DNA of 64,000 bases. It comes from Podarcis bocagei. Taxonomy: Eukaryota. The notes below the pieces were generated by a model. That model did no database searches. It was not told the origin of the DNA and was given only the letters and a program-made list of their open reading frames with translations. The position numbers and the translations under genes are program-made. The stretch is from NCBI GenBank assembly GCA_964188305.1, contig OZ076895.1. One strand, 5' to 3'. This document shows, piece by piece, positions 1 through 12,730 of this stretch. Positions within the stretch are counted from its first letter, which is position 1; each line of letters opens with the position of its first letter.

Positions 1-450
1 TTATTATGTCTCAAGCAGGAGAACAGAAAGGTTAATGCTTTAGAGTCCCTCTAACTTTGGAAGCATTTCTTTTTGTTTTTCAATAGCTGCAAGGTGTTCC
101 TGAAGAAAAAGGGCAACTGTAAGTGAAGAAGGAATGGCGAATGGTGTAATCAGCGAATCATAGAATTGTAAAGTTGGAAGGGATCACAGGGATGGCAATA
201 AAGCAGGTGTTTGACATTTCTGTAATTCTTTTTATGAACATTCTGGGCACACAGAATCTTTGCTGGAACAGTGTCACTTCTGAGATGGGAAGTATGTACT
301 TTCTTATTTTTTGCTTCAGCAATACTACAAAGAAAGTTGTGGTGGCAATATTTATTTAAGTAGGGAGAATCATTGGCTCCTTGGATTGCTTTGGTAAACT
401 TTGAGGAGTAAAAGGTGTTTTCCATCTTCTCCCTTCCATACACCAGTACT

Positions 451-598
451 CAGTGCTTTTTTTCCTTAAAAAAATGTTTAAGGGTACTCTCATTTCCCTA
501 CTCATTTTGAAATACTGCACCTCAGTGAAGCCAAACTTAGATTCACAAAGTGTTTAGGGGTATGCGTCCCCCTGCATCCCCCCAGAAAAAAAGCATTG
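451..598. mobile_element. hAT-type MITE (~150 bp)
   Basis: Termini CAGTGCTTTTTTT ... AAAAAAAGCATTG; degenerate 8-bp TSD CCAGTACT/CCAATAAT; homologous copy in reverse orientation at 10037-10172. Confidence 0.75.
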
Positions 599-764
599 CC
601 AATAATTAACACTTTGTACTTGCTAATTTATTTATATGACTGTATATTTAAAGTTGTCCATTGTCAAACTGGCTCCAGCATCCTTAATTGATGAATACAG
701 GAGAATATTGCACCTTTACATAATACTACCTCAGAATTGTCAGACTTTGATTTTCAGTCTGGAA

Positions 765-766
<2 letters not shown>

Positions 767-809
<43 letters not shown>
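767..809. repeat. (TC)n microsatellite
   Basis: Direct reading. Confidence 0.98.
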
Positions 810-811
<2 letters not shown>

Positions 812-959
812 ACAAGGCATACATTTTTATCAAAACATTGCTGAAACGATTTCAAATCATAATCTGGTGCCAATTATTTCCACAGTTCTCAGCACAAGGT
901 ATGTTTTCAACTAGATCCAACATCATATGACATTATTTTTCTAGAATTAGAGATCATAT

Positions 960-1559
960 TGTAGCCTTATGAGGCTTTGCCCTTGGGTGGGAAAAATATT
1001 GCACCTGGGAAAGGGAAGTGGGAGTCAACAGACACTCAAAGAATAGTTTCGGAGAAAAGGCTTTTATTTCTACCATCCATGAATTGGTAGAAGGAGCAAG
1101 TGTGATAAGTCACAAAAAGCATGCACGGGTTCACAGTGATGTGCACAAACCCCTTTCTAGTTCCCTCCCCCTTTCTCCTCCCTCAGGAGTCCTGCCCCAT
1201 GTTGAGGTTCCTGAGCATGTACAGAAAGCTGTCTTGGAACTATTGTGGACTCTTGGCAGGAAAGGGGGTGAGGGGGTTTTCAGAGTGTTCCCATTGTTTC
1301 ATTCTTGTGCTTTGGCATGGTTCCCGGAGAGAAAGCAAGTTGCAATGTGGTTCTGAGAAAGGCCTGAGAAGACAATGGGCTCTGTTCTCTACCTTGTTGC
1401 AATCTTTTTAGTTACAGCAAGCGGAATGTTTCTGATGCTTAGCTGCTGAGAAAATGATTTTAAAAAGCTTTGAGAAGCTTTGAGCCTGCTTTGGTGGGGG
1501 GGTGACTTTGGGCCTAGGTGAGGTCACCTGTCCTCACCTTCCTTCAATATAGTTCTACA
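960..1559 (-). mobile_element. possible old solo LTR
   Basis: TGTAG...CTACA ends; minus-strand AATAAA about 100 bp from the left end; no TSD found. Confidence 0.3.
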
Positions 1560-2691
1560 AGCCAACGAGATACCACACAACACAGAGAATGATGTTATGT
1601 ACATACATAAGAAGTAGCAATTGTCATGCTCCTAGTGCTCAGGTTCTAGGGTCTGTGGTTTGCTGACCATCACTTTATGGGGCCAGATGCTAGCATGGTC
1701 CAAAAATGACAGGGTTCATACCAAGGGACTAATAGTAGGTCAAGAGGCCCAGATGCAGGGAAACAGCCCAAATGAGAGAGGGATCTTCTTCCAAATAAGC
1801 AATAGAAGATCAGGAGACCCCAAAAATGTGTGCAGAAAAGGCCAAGCTGGAGGCATGATTGAAGGCATCCACAGAGGATTAGGGGTTTAGAAGCAGACAT
1901 GTAGTTAGAATCAGCCAGAGGTCAAGGTCCAAGGCAGCCCTCAGGGAAGATGAGGAGATATCTACCAGAGAAGAAGGTTGGGGCTTTAGAGTTCTTGCTG
2001 TACAAGGATAGGTCCCTTGCTCAGGAAAGATGAAGATGTAGCCTAGATGGCACCCCTAAACCGCAAATCTCAGCCTGCCATGCTTGCAACAGCACTGGAG
2101 CACTCGTGGACCAGGAGGTAGGCACCAGAGAACTGAGCAGCTTGGAGCTCTGCCCTGAAACATGGGCTGTGGTGAGGGGGTTGCATATCTCTTATGGGAG
2201 TAGGTTTGCTTCCACCTGCTGTGTTTGGTGGGTGTGCACAAAACTTTCCCCACTTTGCCTTTTCTGCAGGTTCTTCTCCTACTTAACCCTACAGGGATTT
2301 CTCTGGCTGGGTGGCTACAGATCCACAAGCATAGGGTCCTCTCCACAGGGTGGGGATATCTGCCCCATCATAACTCTTCTAGTTGGCACACCTGTAGGTT
2401 AAGATTGCACTGTTACTCAAGGCTTAAGCAGGAGATTAACAAAAAATTGATTATTATTATTATTACTCTTTGTCCTTCAGCAACAGGCCCCAGGGTACAA
2501 CAATTTAAAATTCAGCACTAAAACAGTTAAAACAAATTACTCTCACAGGAAAAGGATGGGTCCTGAAAACACACGTTTCAGGCCTCAAAAGCCAGAGTAT
2601 GCAATTTATGTTAGCTTCTGATCTTTGTTAATGCAGAAGAGAAAGCTGAGGGGGGGGGGCATTTGTAATGCACATAAACACTGAGAACAAA

Positions 2692-2837
2692 GTGGATAGT
2701 TCAATCTATAGAGCAAGAGGCTCTTAATCTTAGGATCATGGGTTCGAGTCCCATGTTGGACAAAAAAGATTCCTGCATCTCAGAGGGTTGGACTAGATGA
2801 CCCTTGTGGTCCTGTCCGACTGTACAGTTCTGTGATT
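2692..2837 (+). mobile_element. tRNA-Lys-derived SINE with CR1-like tail
   Basis: Head GGATAGTTCA...CTCTTAATC...GGTTCGAGTCCC (A/B-box-like, CTT anticodon loop remnant), followed by GGGTTGGACTAGATGACC...TTCTGTGATT CR1-type 3' end. Confidence 0.75.
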
Positions 2838-4368
2838 GTGGTAAATGTAGGCTTTACCTTTTCATCACAAACCTGTTTGCAGCAAGATTTACTTTTAGCC
2901 TCCGTGTGTAAAAAATACCTTTGATCCAGCAATAGTAGCAGAACTCCAATAAATAAAACTGCATCCAGACACTTGCTTAGTTCATCTCCTGAAAAGTTGG
3001 ACTCCATTGCTCTTTTATTTTAAATAATGCACGAAGGCCAGCCAGCAAACCATCTTATTGTACTAAGCACAATGTAACTGTACAGTTCAATAGCTCTAGG
3101 TATGGTGCTGGGAAATGCTGTGGTATCACGGAGTAGTGAGAAGTGTGGGGCAGTACTGGGGTGGAGAGGGCTGTTTCTGGCATGAGAAAAGAGGGAGGGA
3201 GAGAAGAAAGAATTCCTTCCCCCTTGCTGTCCTTGCCTCTTGACATGCCGAGACAAAGCAGGCAGTGACGGCTTTGCTTGCTCTGTAATTTTATGAACAA
3301 CGGGGAGTTGGCGGCAGTGTTTCCCTTTTTGTATCTCTATGAAAGTGTTCTTAAAATGCGGATTATCCTCCCACCCATCAGCTTATCCTTGCTTCAACCT
3401 CAAGGCTGGTGAAGCCACGTTGTGGAGTCAGATCCCTCTGCTGCCTCCATGACAGTGAGCCCCCCTGGCTCAGAAGGCAGCAGGGGTGAAGGGGGAGGAA
3501 GGCTGAGCAAAGGAGGTGCTTGGCGAGAATGGGGACCCCTGTCAGGCTACACCAAGAGAGGGAGGAATTCAATTTGAGCAGGTTTATTTTCAGCACAGCC
3601 ACATCCCTTTGGAAGAGTTGAGGAATGGCTCCGTTGGATCGAGATGTGTCACTTGACACCTGCCAAGGTTGGAGCCCATGTCACTGTGCCAAGGGCTGTC
3701 CCTGTATAGGAGGGCGAAGCTGCCCGCAGGCTCAGCTGCGCTTCTTTTGTGACTGAGTGAAATTTGTTCAGTGGGAGGACTCCATGCAGTTCTTTTCTCA
3801 TGTGGGATTCAGATTGCAAAATGAGCGAGAAAATGCTGGTTTAATCCATCACGATTACCTGCGAACCCTATGCTGGGCACTGGAAGGGCTTGTTCTGAAG
3901 TCTTTCATTAGCTAATATATAATTTGGGCTGAGTGACTGCCATGGCATTAAGTTACAAGCTCTGCTAAGTATATCAAAAGTTGCGAGTTTGTGTAACGCA
4001 GGCCCAGTTCAGAACACAGTCGTGCTGCCTTAAATGACTTCAGATCATGATTCAGAGTCAAGCCTGTTTGGTCCATGTTCTCAATGGCAGCACGATGAAT
4101 AAGTCCAGTGTGTGTAAAGTGAAGACAAGTATATTTTTGCTGTCAGTCTGAACTCAGCAAATGAACTTGCAAGTGAAGCTCAATCAATGGAATTGCCCAA
4201 TTAATTTATTTGGTTTGGCAATGCTCATTCACAAAGAAAGATCCATGTCGATTAGGTAGTTTTGGCAAGAGGAATTGTAAACTGCTATGTTGGGGTTAAT
4301 GCTTTTTAGATTTCTTCAAAAACGCCTTTCTATAGAGAACTGTGCTCTCATACCCAAAGCAGAAATTT

Positions 4369-4382
4369 GTCACCATGGCAAC
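4369..4382. promoter_or_regulatory. RFX X-box-like motif GTCACCATGGCAAC
   Basis: Match to the RFX consensus; function untested. Confidence 0.35.
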
Positions 4383-6624
4383 TCAACAGACTTTGTGGGT
4401 GCTCTGTGGCTGCTGCCTGTAGAATTATCCTTGAAATGCTGTTTATTTTTTAAAATTCTGACAGGCTCGAGACCTGTGGGCAACATGTTTTATAAGGAGA
4501 TCTGAGGAGGGGCTAAGAAATGAACCTCTCTCTTCTTCCAGGTGTTTTATGAGGCTTGGGCCAAGGTCGTTAGCTAAATCTCATTCCCTATCTTAATGTA
4601 TCTTTTATGGAGTCCCTCTCCAAACTTGAGCAAGACTGTAATTTCCTCTCAAAATCTATCGATACCACTTTTTGACCCTCCTTTGTAACTTTCATTGTAG
4701 GCGAACAGAAAATATTTCAGAAATTGAAAAGAGTGCTGCCCACATTGCCTGAAGCCACAAAACAACACAAGAAAAGTTTTTGCTATGCGAATGTTATTGT
4801 ATATTAAATGATTACTTTTCCCTCTGGGCTTTTATATAGCTTGCATGCTTAATGATCCTGATTGCTGGTAGTTGCTAGCAACAGAGAACATCCCACCAGC
4901 TGGGGCCAAAGGAAAAAGGCAGATTTAAATGTAGCCAGCATAAGAAAAAGAAGTAGGCAGCTGCCTGGCACTAAGGAACTGCGAGGTGGGGGGAGGGGTG
5001 TTGCTTGAGGGAACTACCGCTGACTGAGGTACTTGCCTTCACATCATTTTCTCAGTGTACATTTGCAAACAAACACATTATTTGTAAATAAACAAAATGA
5101 AAGTCTCCAGTAATCACATTTCAGAAGAAAACTCGACACTGTAAAAAAGCTCAAAACAAATTACACGTGAAAGTAGCCTGTGTGTATGTTTAAAATCCAC
5201 CCCACTTATGCATAGAATGTGGGATGGGAAAGTCTGTTCTTAAAAGCAAATAGGGAATTTGAGGAGTGCTGAACTCTCCCCCTGCTTACCTGCTCACAGC
5301 TTTTAATCTGAGCCAGGCTTCCTTCCAGTGATGGAGCCTGGCCGAGAGAACAGGGAAGTTGGGGGCAACCAGGGACAGTGAGCCACATGGAAGGAGGAAT
5401 AGAATTCCTCTACCTATTCTACCCTTTTTGCTCTTGAAATTGGACCTCCCACTTTCTGTAAGATTGGGTGATCTGGGTTTAAATACAGAGATGTGCTGCT
5501 ATCATGTGTAACTAGTGGAGGTTGGTTTTATAGGGGGAATTGGGCACTGCCCCACCAACTACAATCTGTCCTCAGCTAGCACCCTCTTTCTTGCCTACTT
5601 ACCTAACAACCAGCTGAGGGGATGACACTGGCTGCCAACTTCCTTGTTCTCAGTTTTGCTATTGCAGGGCCAGCCCAATACCTTTTATGTCCTGAACCCC
5701 TGGCCTACCTGGCAGCAAGCCAGTATGTCAAGTCCAATGCCCAAAGTCTAGGGGTCAAACCACACAAGCAAAGTCCAAAGGACAGGAAACACAGTATAGG
5801 GTCAAGCCAAGTAGTCAAGTCTGAAGTCCGGCAGTCTGGACACAGTCCAGTCAAACCTGAAGCACAGTCCCATAGTGGTCCAGGAGCAGCCAAGCCAAGG
5901 TCCACCAACATGAGCAGTTGAGCAGACATATCATCTCAGCTCTGCTTCCCTTTTGTACTTTGCATGCTGATTGCAGCATCTGGGCTTTATGAGGCATGTG
6001 ACCCTCACTTGTTCCCATCCTACTCCAGCTGAGGAATCACATACCTCCTCCCAGAGCTAGTGAGCTCTACCTGGCCAGCTAGGGAGCTGGGCTGTGGGCC
6101 TTTGCCTGCCTCAGCCTCTTGGAGCATCACTCCTGTTGCTCCCTATGCCTCAGAGCCCACACTGTTCATGGGGACAGGGTCCCCTCTGGCTCTGGTGGTG
6201 GGTCCTACTGCTCTGGTTTCTGTGCATTGACGTCCACCTCCTCGCCATCCTCTGTCACCCAGTGAGTACTTCCTTCCCCATCCCCTGCTTGCCCCAGTCC
6301 TGGCTATACCCCTCCCCATTGTCCTTCCAGTTCATGCCATTTTGGCACCTGAGGCAAACCACAAAACAGCACCCCGCCCTTCCCTGCCAGGGAAGAAGGT
6401 GTGAGTGAAGATCTCAGGAACATCAGGAATAAGAGGGCAATAAAGATCTACATTCGGAGCTACTGCCCCTGCGGATCTTGCTGTATGAGGCCAGTGCCTT
6501 GAAAAGCAAAACTGGTTTTGAGCGTGCTTGGGGAGCTGGCAGAGGACAGCAGAGGAAGAGGAACTTCAGTTGTGCACATGGAACTCTGTTGTGCAAGCAG
6601 ATCTGCAGCATTGTATATAATCCT

Positions 6625-6780
6625 TTGTTTCCCATATTTATCCTCACTTCAACCAAGGGAGATGCATTAGGCTAAAAGATGGTGCCCAAGGTGACCCAGT
6701 AAGCATTGTAGCTGACTGGGGGTTTGAACTCAAGTCTACTAAGACAAGTCCAAAATTGTATCTATTGCATGACACTGAAT
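6625..6780 (-). mobile_element. degenerate CORE/L2-tailed SINE fragment
   Basis: TTTATCCTCAC...CCCAAGGTGACCCAG...TTTGAACTC pattern shared with the relics at 7455-7489, 7770-7890 and 33790-33930. Confidence 0.5.
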
Positions 6781-8332
6781 TCCACAGGCTGGTTCCACAT
6801 TTGTCCAACCCAACACTGGAAGGTTACTGTCCTTGGTTATTTTATCACCTGTAATGTACCAAAGATGTCGGCATGCAATTGAGCCCATCCATTTATTAAG
6901 ATGAATGTCAAAGCAACCCTCACCTTTGGAGGCTAGTCAGGTAAGACCAGTGATGATAGGTAGGTGAAGTTTGTTCTGCTGCTGCTTTATATTAAATAAA
7001 TAAACTGAGTACAAGTGATCTTAGAACAGGTTTTCCCATATAAGACACACGTTTCGTTTCACATTGGAAAAATAATGGAATGCAAGCAGCATTTTGTTGC
7101 CAAGGTGTGGGCAGCCATCTCATTTGCTACATTATTTTAAGTGTTTGATCATCCTTCACATTTCATCAGTTTTTTTCTGCTTCTCTATCTTTAGACTGAG
7201 AGATGAGGACAACTTCCGTTGATAAGCGAAGCCAAGCTTATTGTGATCGTTAGATTTCTGTATTGTAACTATGTTATGCACTAACCAAGTTTGTGCAGCA
7301 GAATCCTATGGTTTACTCAAGAGTAAGTTCTATTAAGTTAAACTGGAATCCCATATTTATAGATATAATTTTATTTATTTATCTCACCTGTATTATTCCC
7401 TTCATCAGTCTAGTGTCGTGCACATAATTATTGTCCTGCTTTGCATGTCCTGCTTTATCCTCAAATCAATTCCAAGATGTAGGTTAGGCCAGTGTTTCCC
7501 AACCTTTTTTGGGCAAAGGCACACTTGTTTCATGAAAAAAATCTCGAGGCACACCACCATTACAGCCCCGTGACGTCAGCGCGCAGCATCACGCCGGGAG
7601 GGACATGAATTGCTAGCAAATTACATAATCACCTCCTTGAGGGCTGGCTCATCTTCTCCGAAGGCAGAACCCCATTAATTAACAGCACAGACTCACACCA
7701 TAGCCAAGACGAGGGGGGAAAACCTCAGTCATGCACAGTCATGCACATGTGGGGGCTAAATGAGGACGAAGACCGGGCAGAGAGCAGGGTTCAAATCACC
7801 CCACCTGGCCAGGACAATCCCTGGGTGCTCCCTTGGGCCACTCGCCTGACCCACCTCACAGGGCTGTTGTTGCGAGGATAACACGGGGAGAACCATGCGC
7901 GCCCCCGGGAGCTCCTTGGAGGAGAAAGCGGGCGATGAATGCAATGCACGAAATATATGAGAGGCGACCAGGTTTTGCAGGTGAGGGGCCCCCGCCAGCC
8001 TCCGCTTCCAACACCCGGCGCAACGACACCGAAGTTTCCCCCCGGGCTCGGCTCGGGGAGCAACGCTGCTCCCCCCCGGCTCCCCTTCGCCCTCCCGGCT
8101 CTCTCTGCCGCCCACTAGGGACCCCCCTCACCTGCCAAGTCCGGAGCGCCGGTGGAAGTTGCATGCATGCATGCAGGGCGCCGCGTTGCCATTGCATTGC
8201 ACTGCACTCCATGCAACGCCTGCACACATGCATTGCCTTGCACGCCCGCCAAGGGGTCTCCCCGCGGTCCGATGCGTCCCCTCTGGCGTGGATGCAGCAT
8301 TGCAAAAATAACCCCCCCCGACGCAGCCCTAC

Positions 8333-8389
8333 CTGGGGGGCAGCCTCCGCCGCCGCCGCTCCGCCTCCGCGGGGATCCCCGGGCTCCAT
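8333..8389 (-). pseudogene. putative captured first coding exon (MEPGDPRGGGAAAAEAAPQ) inside the hAT element
   Basis: AGGATGG Kozak context; 19 codons ending at a CAG|GTAGGG donor; lies downstream of ZNF143-like motifs in a CpG island; source gene not recognised. Confidence 0.45.
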
Positions 8390-8528
8390 CCTGCCGCCCG
8401 ATCTCCGTGGGGGCGCAGGCAGGCTGCGCGGGGTCTGCGCGGAAGAGCCCCTGCCCGCCCGGCCGCCGCCGCCGTGCTCATTCCATGGCCGGGAGAAGAG
8501 CGCTTCAAACAAAACGCCCGGCCCACCA

Positions 8529-8613
8529 GGCCACGCTGGGAAACGTAGTTCACGCACCCCGCGCGGGCGCGGAGCGCAAGGGCGAGGGGACTACGGATCC
8601 CGGCAGCCCCGCG
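8529..8613. promoter_or_regulatory. two divergent ZNF143/THAP11-type (ACTACA-SBS) motifs
   Basis: Minus strand GAACTACGTTTCCCAGCGTGGCC (8529-8551); plus strand GGACTACGGATCCCGGCAGCCCCGCG (8588-8613); both resemble ACTACAnnTCCCAGnATGC. Confidence 0.55.
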
Positions 8614-8939
8614 CCGGGGACGGAGGGGGAGAGGCCGGGTGCAGGGATGGAGGGACGGGTGGGCGAGTGAGTGAGTGAGTGGCAGCCGCCAAGCCTTGGC
8701 CGAGAGCCAGGAAGGGCCTCTCCGGAGGAGGAGGAGGAGGAGGAGTAGGGAGGCGCAGAGCGGGAGGGAGGGAGGGAACCCCAGGGGTCATCTAGTGACG
8801 GCGCCCCAATCGAAAATTTGACTAAAAAAAAAAAAATCTTTCGAATTTTTTAATTTTTCCCGCGGCACACCAGGCAACATCTCGCGGCACACTAGTGTGC
8901 CGCGGAACAGTGGTTGGGAAACACTGGGTTAGGCTAAGA

Positions 8940-9067
8940 CAGGAATGGGGAACTTGTTGCTCTTTAGATGTGTTGAACTCCAATTCCCAGTCCTAGCTAG
9001 CATGGCCGGCGATCAGGGATGATGAATCTGTAGTCCGGCAACATCTGTATGGCCACACCCAACCCTG
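8940..9067. mobile_element. short hAT-type MITE, degenerate
   Basis: CAGGAATGGGGAAC...GATGTGTTGAACTCCAATTCCCA...TGTAGTCC...ACATCTG...CCCTG palindromic organisation, as at 21143-21278. Confidence 0.55.
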
Positions 9068-9171
9068 AACTAAAAGATAATGACATACCTAAGATAGCCC
9101 AGTGAGTTGAGCAGAGATTTGGACACAAGTTTCCCTACACCACAATAACTTGTCACAATTCACCAATCCAC

Positions 9172-9175
<4 letters not shown>

Positions 9176-9219
<44 letters not shown>

Positions 9220-9876
9220 TACAATTTTTAAAAACACCAAACATACAAAGTACCATCACCATATAACAAACAAAGAAATAAAATAGAATTATAGAATAAG
9301 GAAAGAATGAAAAAAGAAAATACAGATAAGATAAAGGTTGTTCACAAATCATACTTTCATAATCTTTGGACTTCCTCACATCGCCCTTCCCTGCGTTCTC
9401 AGTCATATAGTTATATACAGCAATTTGTTACCTTACTTTCATTTTTATCTTATAAATCTCAAATATTATGTTCCAACTTTAAATTAGTTTTATCATAAAT
9501 TAAACTGCTTAGCTTGAACATAATACTGCTTCGAATTTCATCTTTTCCTTAAAACATCACATATTCTCATATATCTTACAATAAAATTACTGCTGCCATG
9601 TTTCTTTCAATCGTGCATTCTCCTAGCATTCATACAATTTATAGTGTTTTTGTAAATAGTCCTTAAATTTTTTCCAGTCCTCTTCCACCGTCTCTTCTCC
9701 CAGGTCTCGAATTCTGCCAGTCATTTCAGCCAGCTCCATGTAGTCTATCAGTTGCGTCTGCCATTCTTCCAGTGTGGGTAAATCTTGGGTCTTCCAGTAC
9801 TTTGCAATAAGTATTCTTGCTGCTGTTGTCGCATACATAAAAAAAGTTTTATCTTTCTTTAACACCCCTTGGCCAA
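9176..9876 (-). mobile_element. 5'-truncated L1 (ORF2 C-terminus + 3'UTR)
   Basis: Open ORF2 end AARILIAKYWKTQDLPTLEEW...DWKKFKDYL (stop at 9623); AATAAA followed by a (TA)n tail; 15-bp TSD CACCAATCCACCACT (9161-9175, 9877-9891). Confidence 0.9.
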
Positions 9877-9924
9877 CACCAATCCACCACTTATAACCTG
9901 GTGACAATAAGATGTTAAAGTTGG

Positions 9925-10525
9925 TGCCAGGTGGGCCTTAGTGGGGCAAGAATTCCACACACAAGATGCCACGACTGAGAAGGCCCTTTCTTGTGCTGTT
10001 GCCACCCTCTTCTTGGAATGGGCACATAGACAAGGGCAGTCCTTTTTTTCTGGGGGTACGCATACCTCTAAACATTTTGTGAATCTAAGTTTGGCCTCAT
10101 TGAGGGGCAGTATTTCAATATGAGTAGGAAAATGAGAGTACCCCTAAACATTTTTTAAGAAAAAAAGCACTGGACAAAGATATTAGAAGATGACCCTAGG
10201 GACCAGACCAGTTCAGGTCAGAAGAGGCATTTTGTCAGGTATTTGGGCTTTGGGCTGCATAGGGATTTGTAGGTTAAAACCAGGACTTTGAATTGGGATT
10301 GGAAACATATTGGCAGCAAGTGCAGCTGGTGTTATATGACCAGGCCACTCTGTTCTCATCAGGAATCTGGCTGCTGCATTCTGCACCAGCTGATGTTTCT
10401 GGAGAGTCTTCAGAGATAGCCTCATGTAAAGCACATTGCAGTAATCTCACTCAGAGGTTTCCAGAGCATAGATTAATGAATTCGGATTATCCCTGTCCAG
10501 ACTAGGGCATAGCTAGGGACAGCTT
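9925..10525 (-). mobile_element. old L2-clade LINE fragment
   Basis: Degenerate ORF text LQKHQLVQNAAAR...HITP; interrupted by the MITE at 10037-10172. Confidence 0.7.
10037..10172. mobile_element. hAT-type MITE (same family as 451-598)
   Basis: CAGTCCTTTTTTT...AAAAAAAGCACTG; degenerate TSD GACAAGGG/GACAAAGA. Confidence 0.78.
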
Positions 10526-11264
10526 CACTCTGTTTTTGGTATGTGCCTTATGCTCCAAGGTGAGACGAAGAAGCTTATATGGAAATAAGTAATGCTTTAA
10601 AAACATTTCTATGAACACCAACCCCTACAATTTGATGTAATGTTCAAGCTTGTCCTCCCCATCTCTTTTATGCAGTTACATTGATTGTTTTCAGTACATT
10701 GCATACTTGTGTTTCTCCCCCAACCCCACTGGCTCATTAGTGATATTTCTGGAGGTCTAGTTTCCACAGTAACAAGCAATTACCATTGTTCCATGGACTG
10801 CCAAAGTTACCACAAGCGACACAGAGGGAGATGCATTACTTTTCTATATTGGGATAAAATGCTTGCACACTTCATGCTAGTCAGTGCGTGCCAGTACTGA
10901 CGCATGTTCCTTGCTATTGGCACATCACTATCCTCCTTCTGCAGCCATCATAATATCAAGATGAACTAACGCTATCTATCTAAATGCCAACTACTTTGAA
11001 CATCAGTGGCAAAAGTCAATGTTCCCCCAAGTAAATCAGGAATTCCTGAGATGTATGGTGAATTCCTTGGCGAGATCCATAATTATTTCTGATTTTGAAA
11101 AAATACTGCATATTGTAGGGACCATTTGTGAATTCTGGATCTTGGCTTTACACCTGTGTGCATTCCTGAGAAGATGCTCCTGGAGAGTTAATGGAGTGCA
11201 AATTTGCTTTCACCTGCTGTTACGTCTCATATTGATTGTTACTGTTAGATCATAGACATCACTG

Positions 11265-11346
11265 AGAAAGGGCTGTAGCTCTCTAGGGGAAATACCGTAT
11301 GTTTTGCATGCAGAAGGTCCCAGGTTCAATCCTGGCATCGCCAGGT
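11265..11346 (+). mobile_element. tRNA-derived SINE head (Squam3-like)
   Basis: GGGCTGTAGCTC...TGCATGCAGAAGGTCCCAGGTTCAATCCTGGCATC; a matching 3' portion appears at about 31885-32000. Confidence 0.55.
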
Positions 11347-12190
11347 ATTTATTTGCTTATAGGATTTCTTACCCACCCTTCATCTTAAGGTCCCAGTGTA
11401 AGTTACAACAATATAAAAATACAGTAGTAAATCAGTTCAAAAGGTTAGCATCAGAAGAATATGGTGGGTAAAGGGGTGCATCTTCAGCATACGATGAAAG
11501 CTACATAATGAAGGTGCCATGTGCACCTCTGTGGGGAGGGCATTTAACAACCACGGGGCTGCCACAGAGAATACGCACTCATTGGCTGCCATTCCCCAAA
11601 CTTCTGCAGGCAGTGAAACAGCCAGAAAGTCCCCCTCTGCTGATCTTAACACCCAAGAGGGTCTGTATTGAACAATGCATATGTTTTAACATTGCAAACA
11701 TCCATAATAATTTATTGTGTGATGTTATAAAAACAAATACAAAAGAGGCAGTCTTTCAGATATTTGGGGCATGAGTAATTTAGGGCTTTAAACACAAATG
11801 TGGGCACTTTGAATTGGGCACATAAACAAAATGGCAACCTGCGCATCAGTTTAGAACAGGAGGTATGTGAGTTCTAAATGGAACCCCAGCCAGAAATCTG
11901 AATTTTGGACTAGTTGAAGATTCTAAGTCCTCTTCCTGGACAGAGTCTTGTAGAGCACATTGTGAAAGTTTCTGGAGCATTGTGACCACGTTGTGTCTGT
12001 TCAAAAAGGACTGTAAAGGGTGAAGCAGCTGAAGCTGGCAATGGGCACTCCTAGCCACCAAGGCCCCCTGAGCCTCCAGTAAGAATGCTGGATCCATGAG
12101 CAGCCCCAAAACTTTGGATTTGCTCCTTCCAGGGGACTGCAACCTTGTCCAGAACTGGCCATCTCTTCACCTTCCCAGACCTGAGAACAC
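11347..12190 (-). mobile_element. old L2-clade LINE fragments
   Basis: Degenerate translations FSVAAPWLLNALP and LGLLMDPAFLLEAQ...QLQL; L2-type tail at 11347-11410. Confidence 0.65.
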
Positions 12191-12730
12191 ATAGCAGATG
12201 TGTGATTGCTTTTTTCAACTTTCTATAATACAGTCAATCTATTTCCCGGTTGCATTTTATAGAGAGACAAGATTGTGTTGTTGTTCTCTGAAGAAGTATA
12301 GTTGTCCACACATCTGTTTGAAAACAGGAAAGAGACAAGTGTACCTATCTTTATAGAGGATACATAGTAAAAGGAATAATAACTTCAATAATTTCTACTC
12401 CCTAGCTTTTAGTATTGGCTAGTACTTAAAAAAGAAAGAAGCAAGGAGGGCTGAAATGGTATGATGATTTCAAGATTAACACATATTTCTGGTTCCAGAC
12501 TTTCCAGGAAATACTCCACTCAGTCTTACTTTGCAACTGGAAGCATTGTTTGCCATCCGTCTATCTCCAAACTTTATAAAACCCCCCAAAAAGAAACAAA
12601 ACTTTATAAAATCCTCAAAAAAGAAACAAAAAAGAAAAAGGAAAAAAAGCCAAGGTTACCAACTTTTTAAAAAATCATCAATCTCACAAGAATCACTTGA
12701 TGTGATAAGATTTAAATGTTGTAATCCAAG

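Larger units (their letters stand above)
7490..8926. mobile_element. non-autonomous hAT DNA transposon carrying a GC/CpG-rich internal segment
   Basis: Perfect 15-bp TIRs CAGTGTTTCCCAACC / GGTTGGGAAACACTG; perfect 8-bp TSD GGTTAGGC (7482-7489, 8927-8934); subterminal GGCACAC repeats; no transposase ORF. Confidence 0.92.

Noticed and set aside
1622-6320. LTR-like old segments at about 1622-2375 and 5660-6320 (also about 13500-13780, 50300-50620, 53120-53460)
   Set aside because: Composition resembles decayed LTRs, but termini and TSDs could not be defined.
7833-8678. 281-aa and overlapping long ORFs on both strands
   Set aside because: Stop-codon scarcity in GC-rich DNA; low-complexity R/G/P/A translations with no transposase or other domain. 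Only the short ATG-to-donor segment is retained as a candidate.
10885-10906. Small hairpin GTCAGTGC/GTACTGAC
   Set aside because: Stem too short for a pre-miRNA and no recognisable mature sequence.
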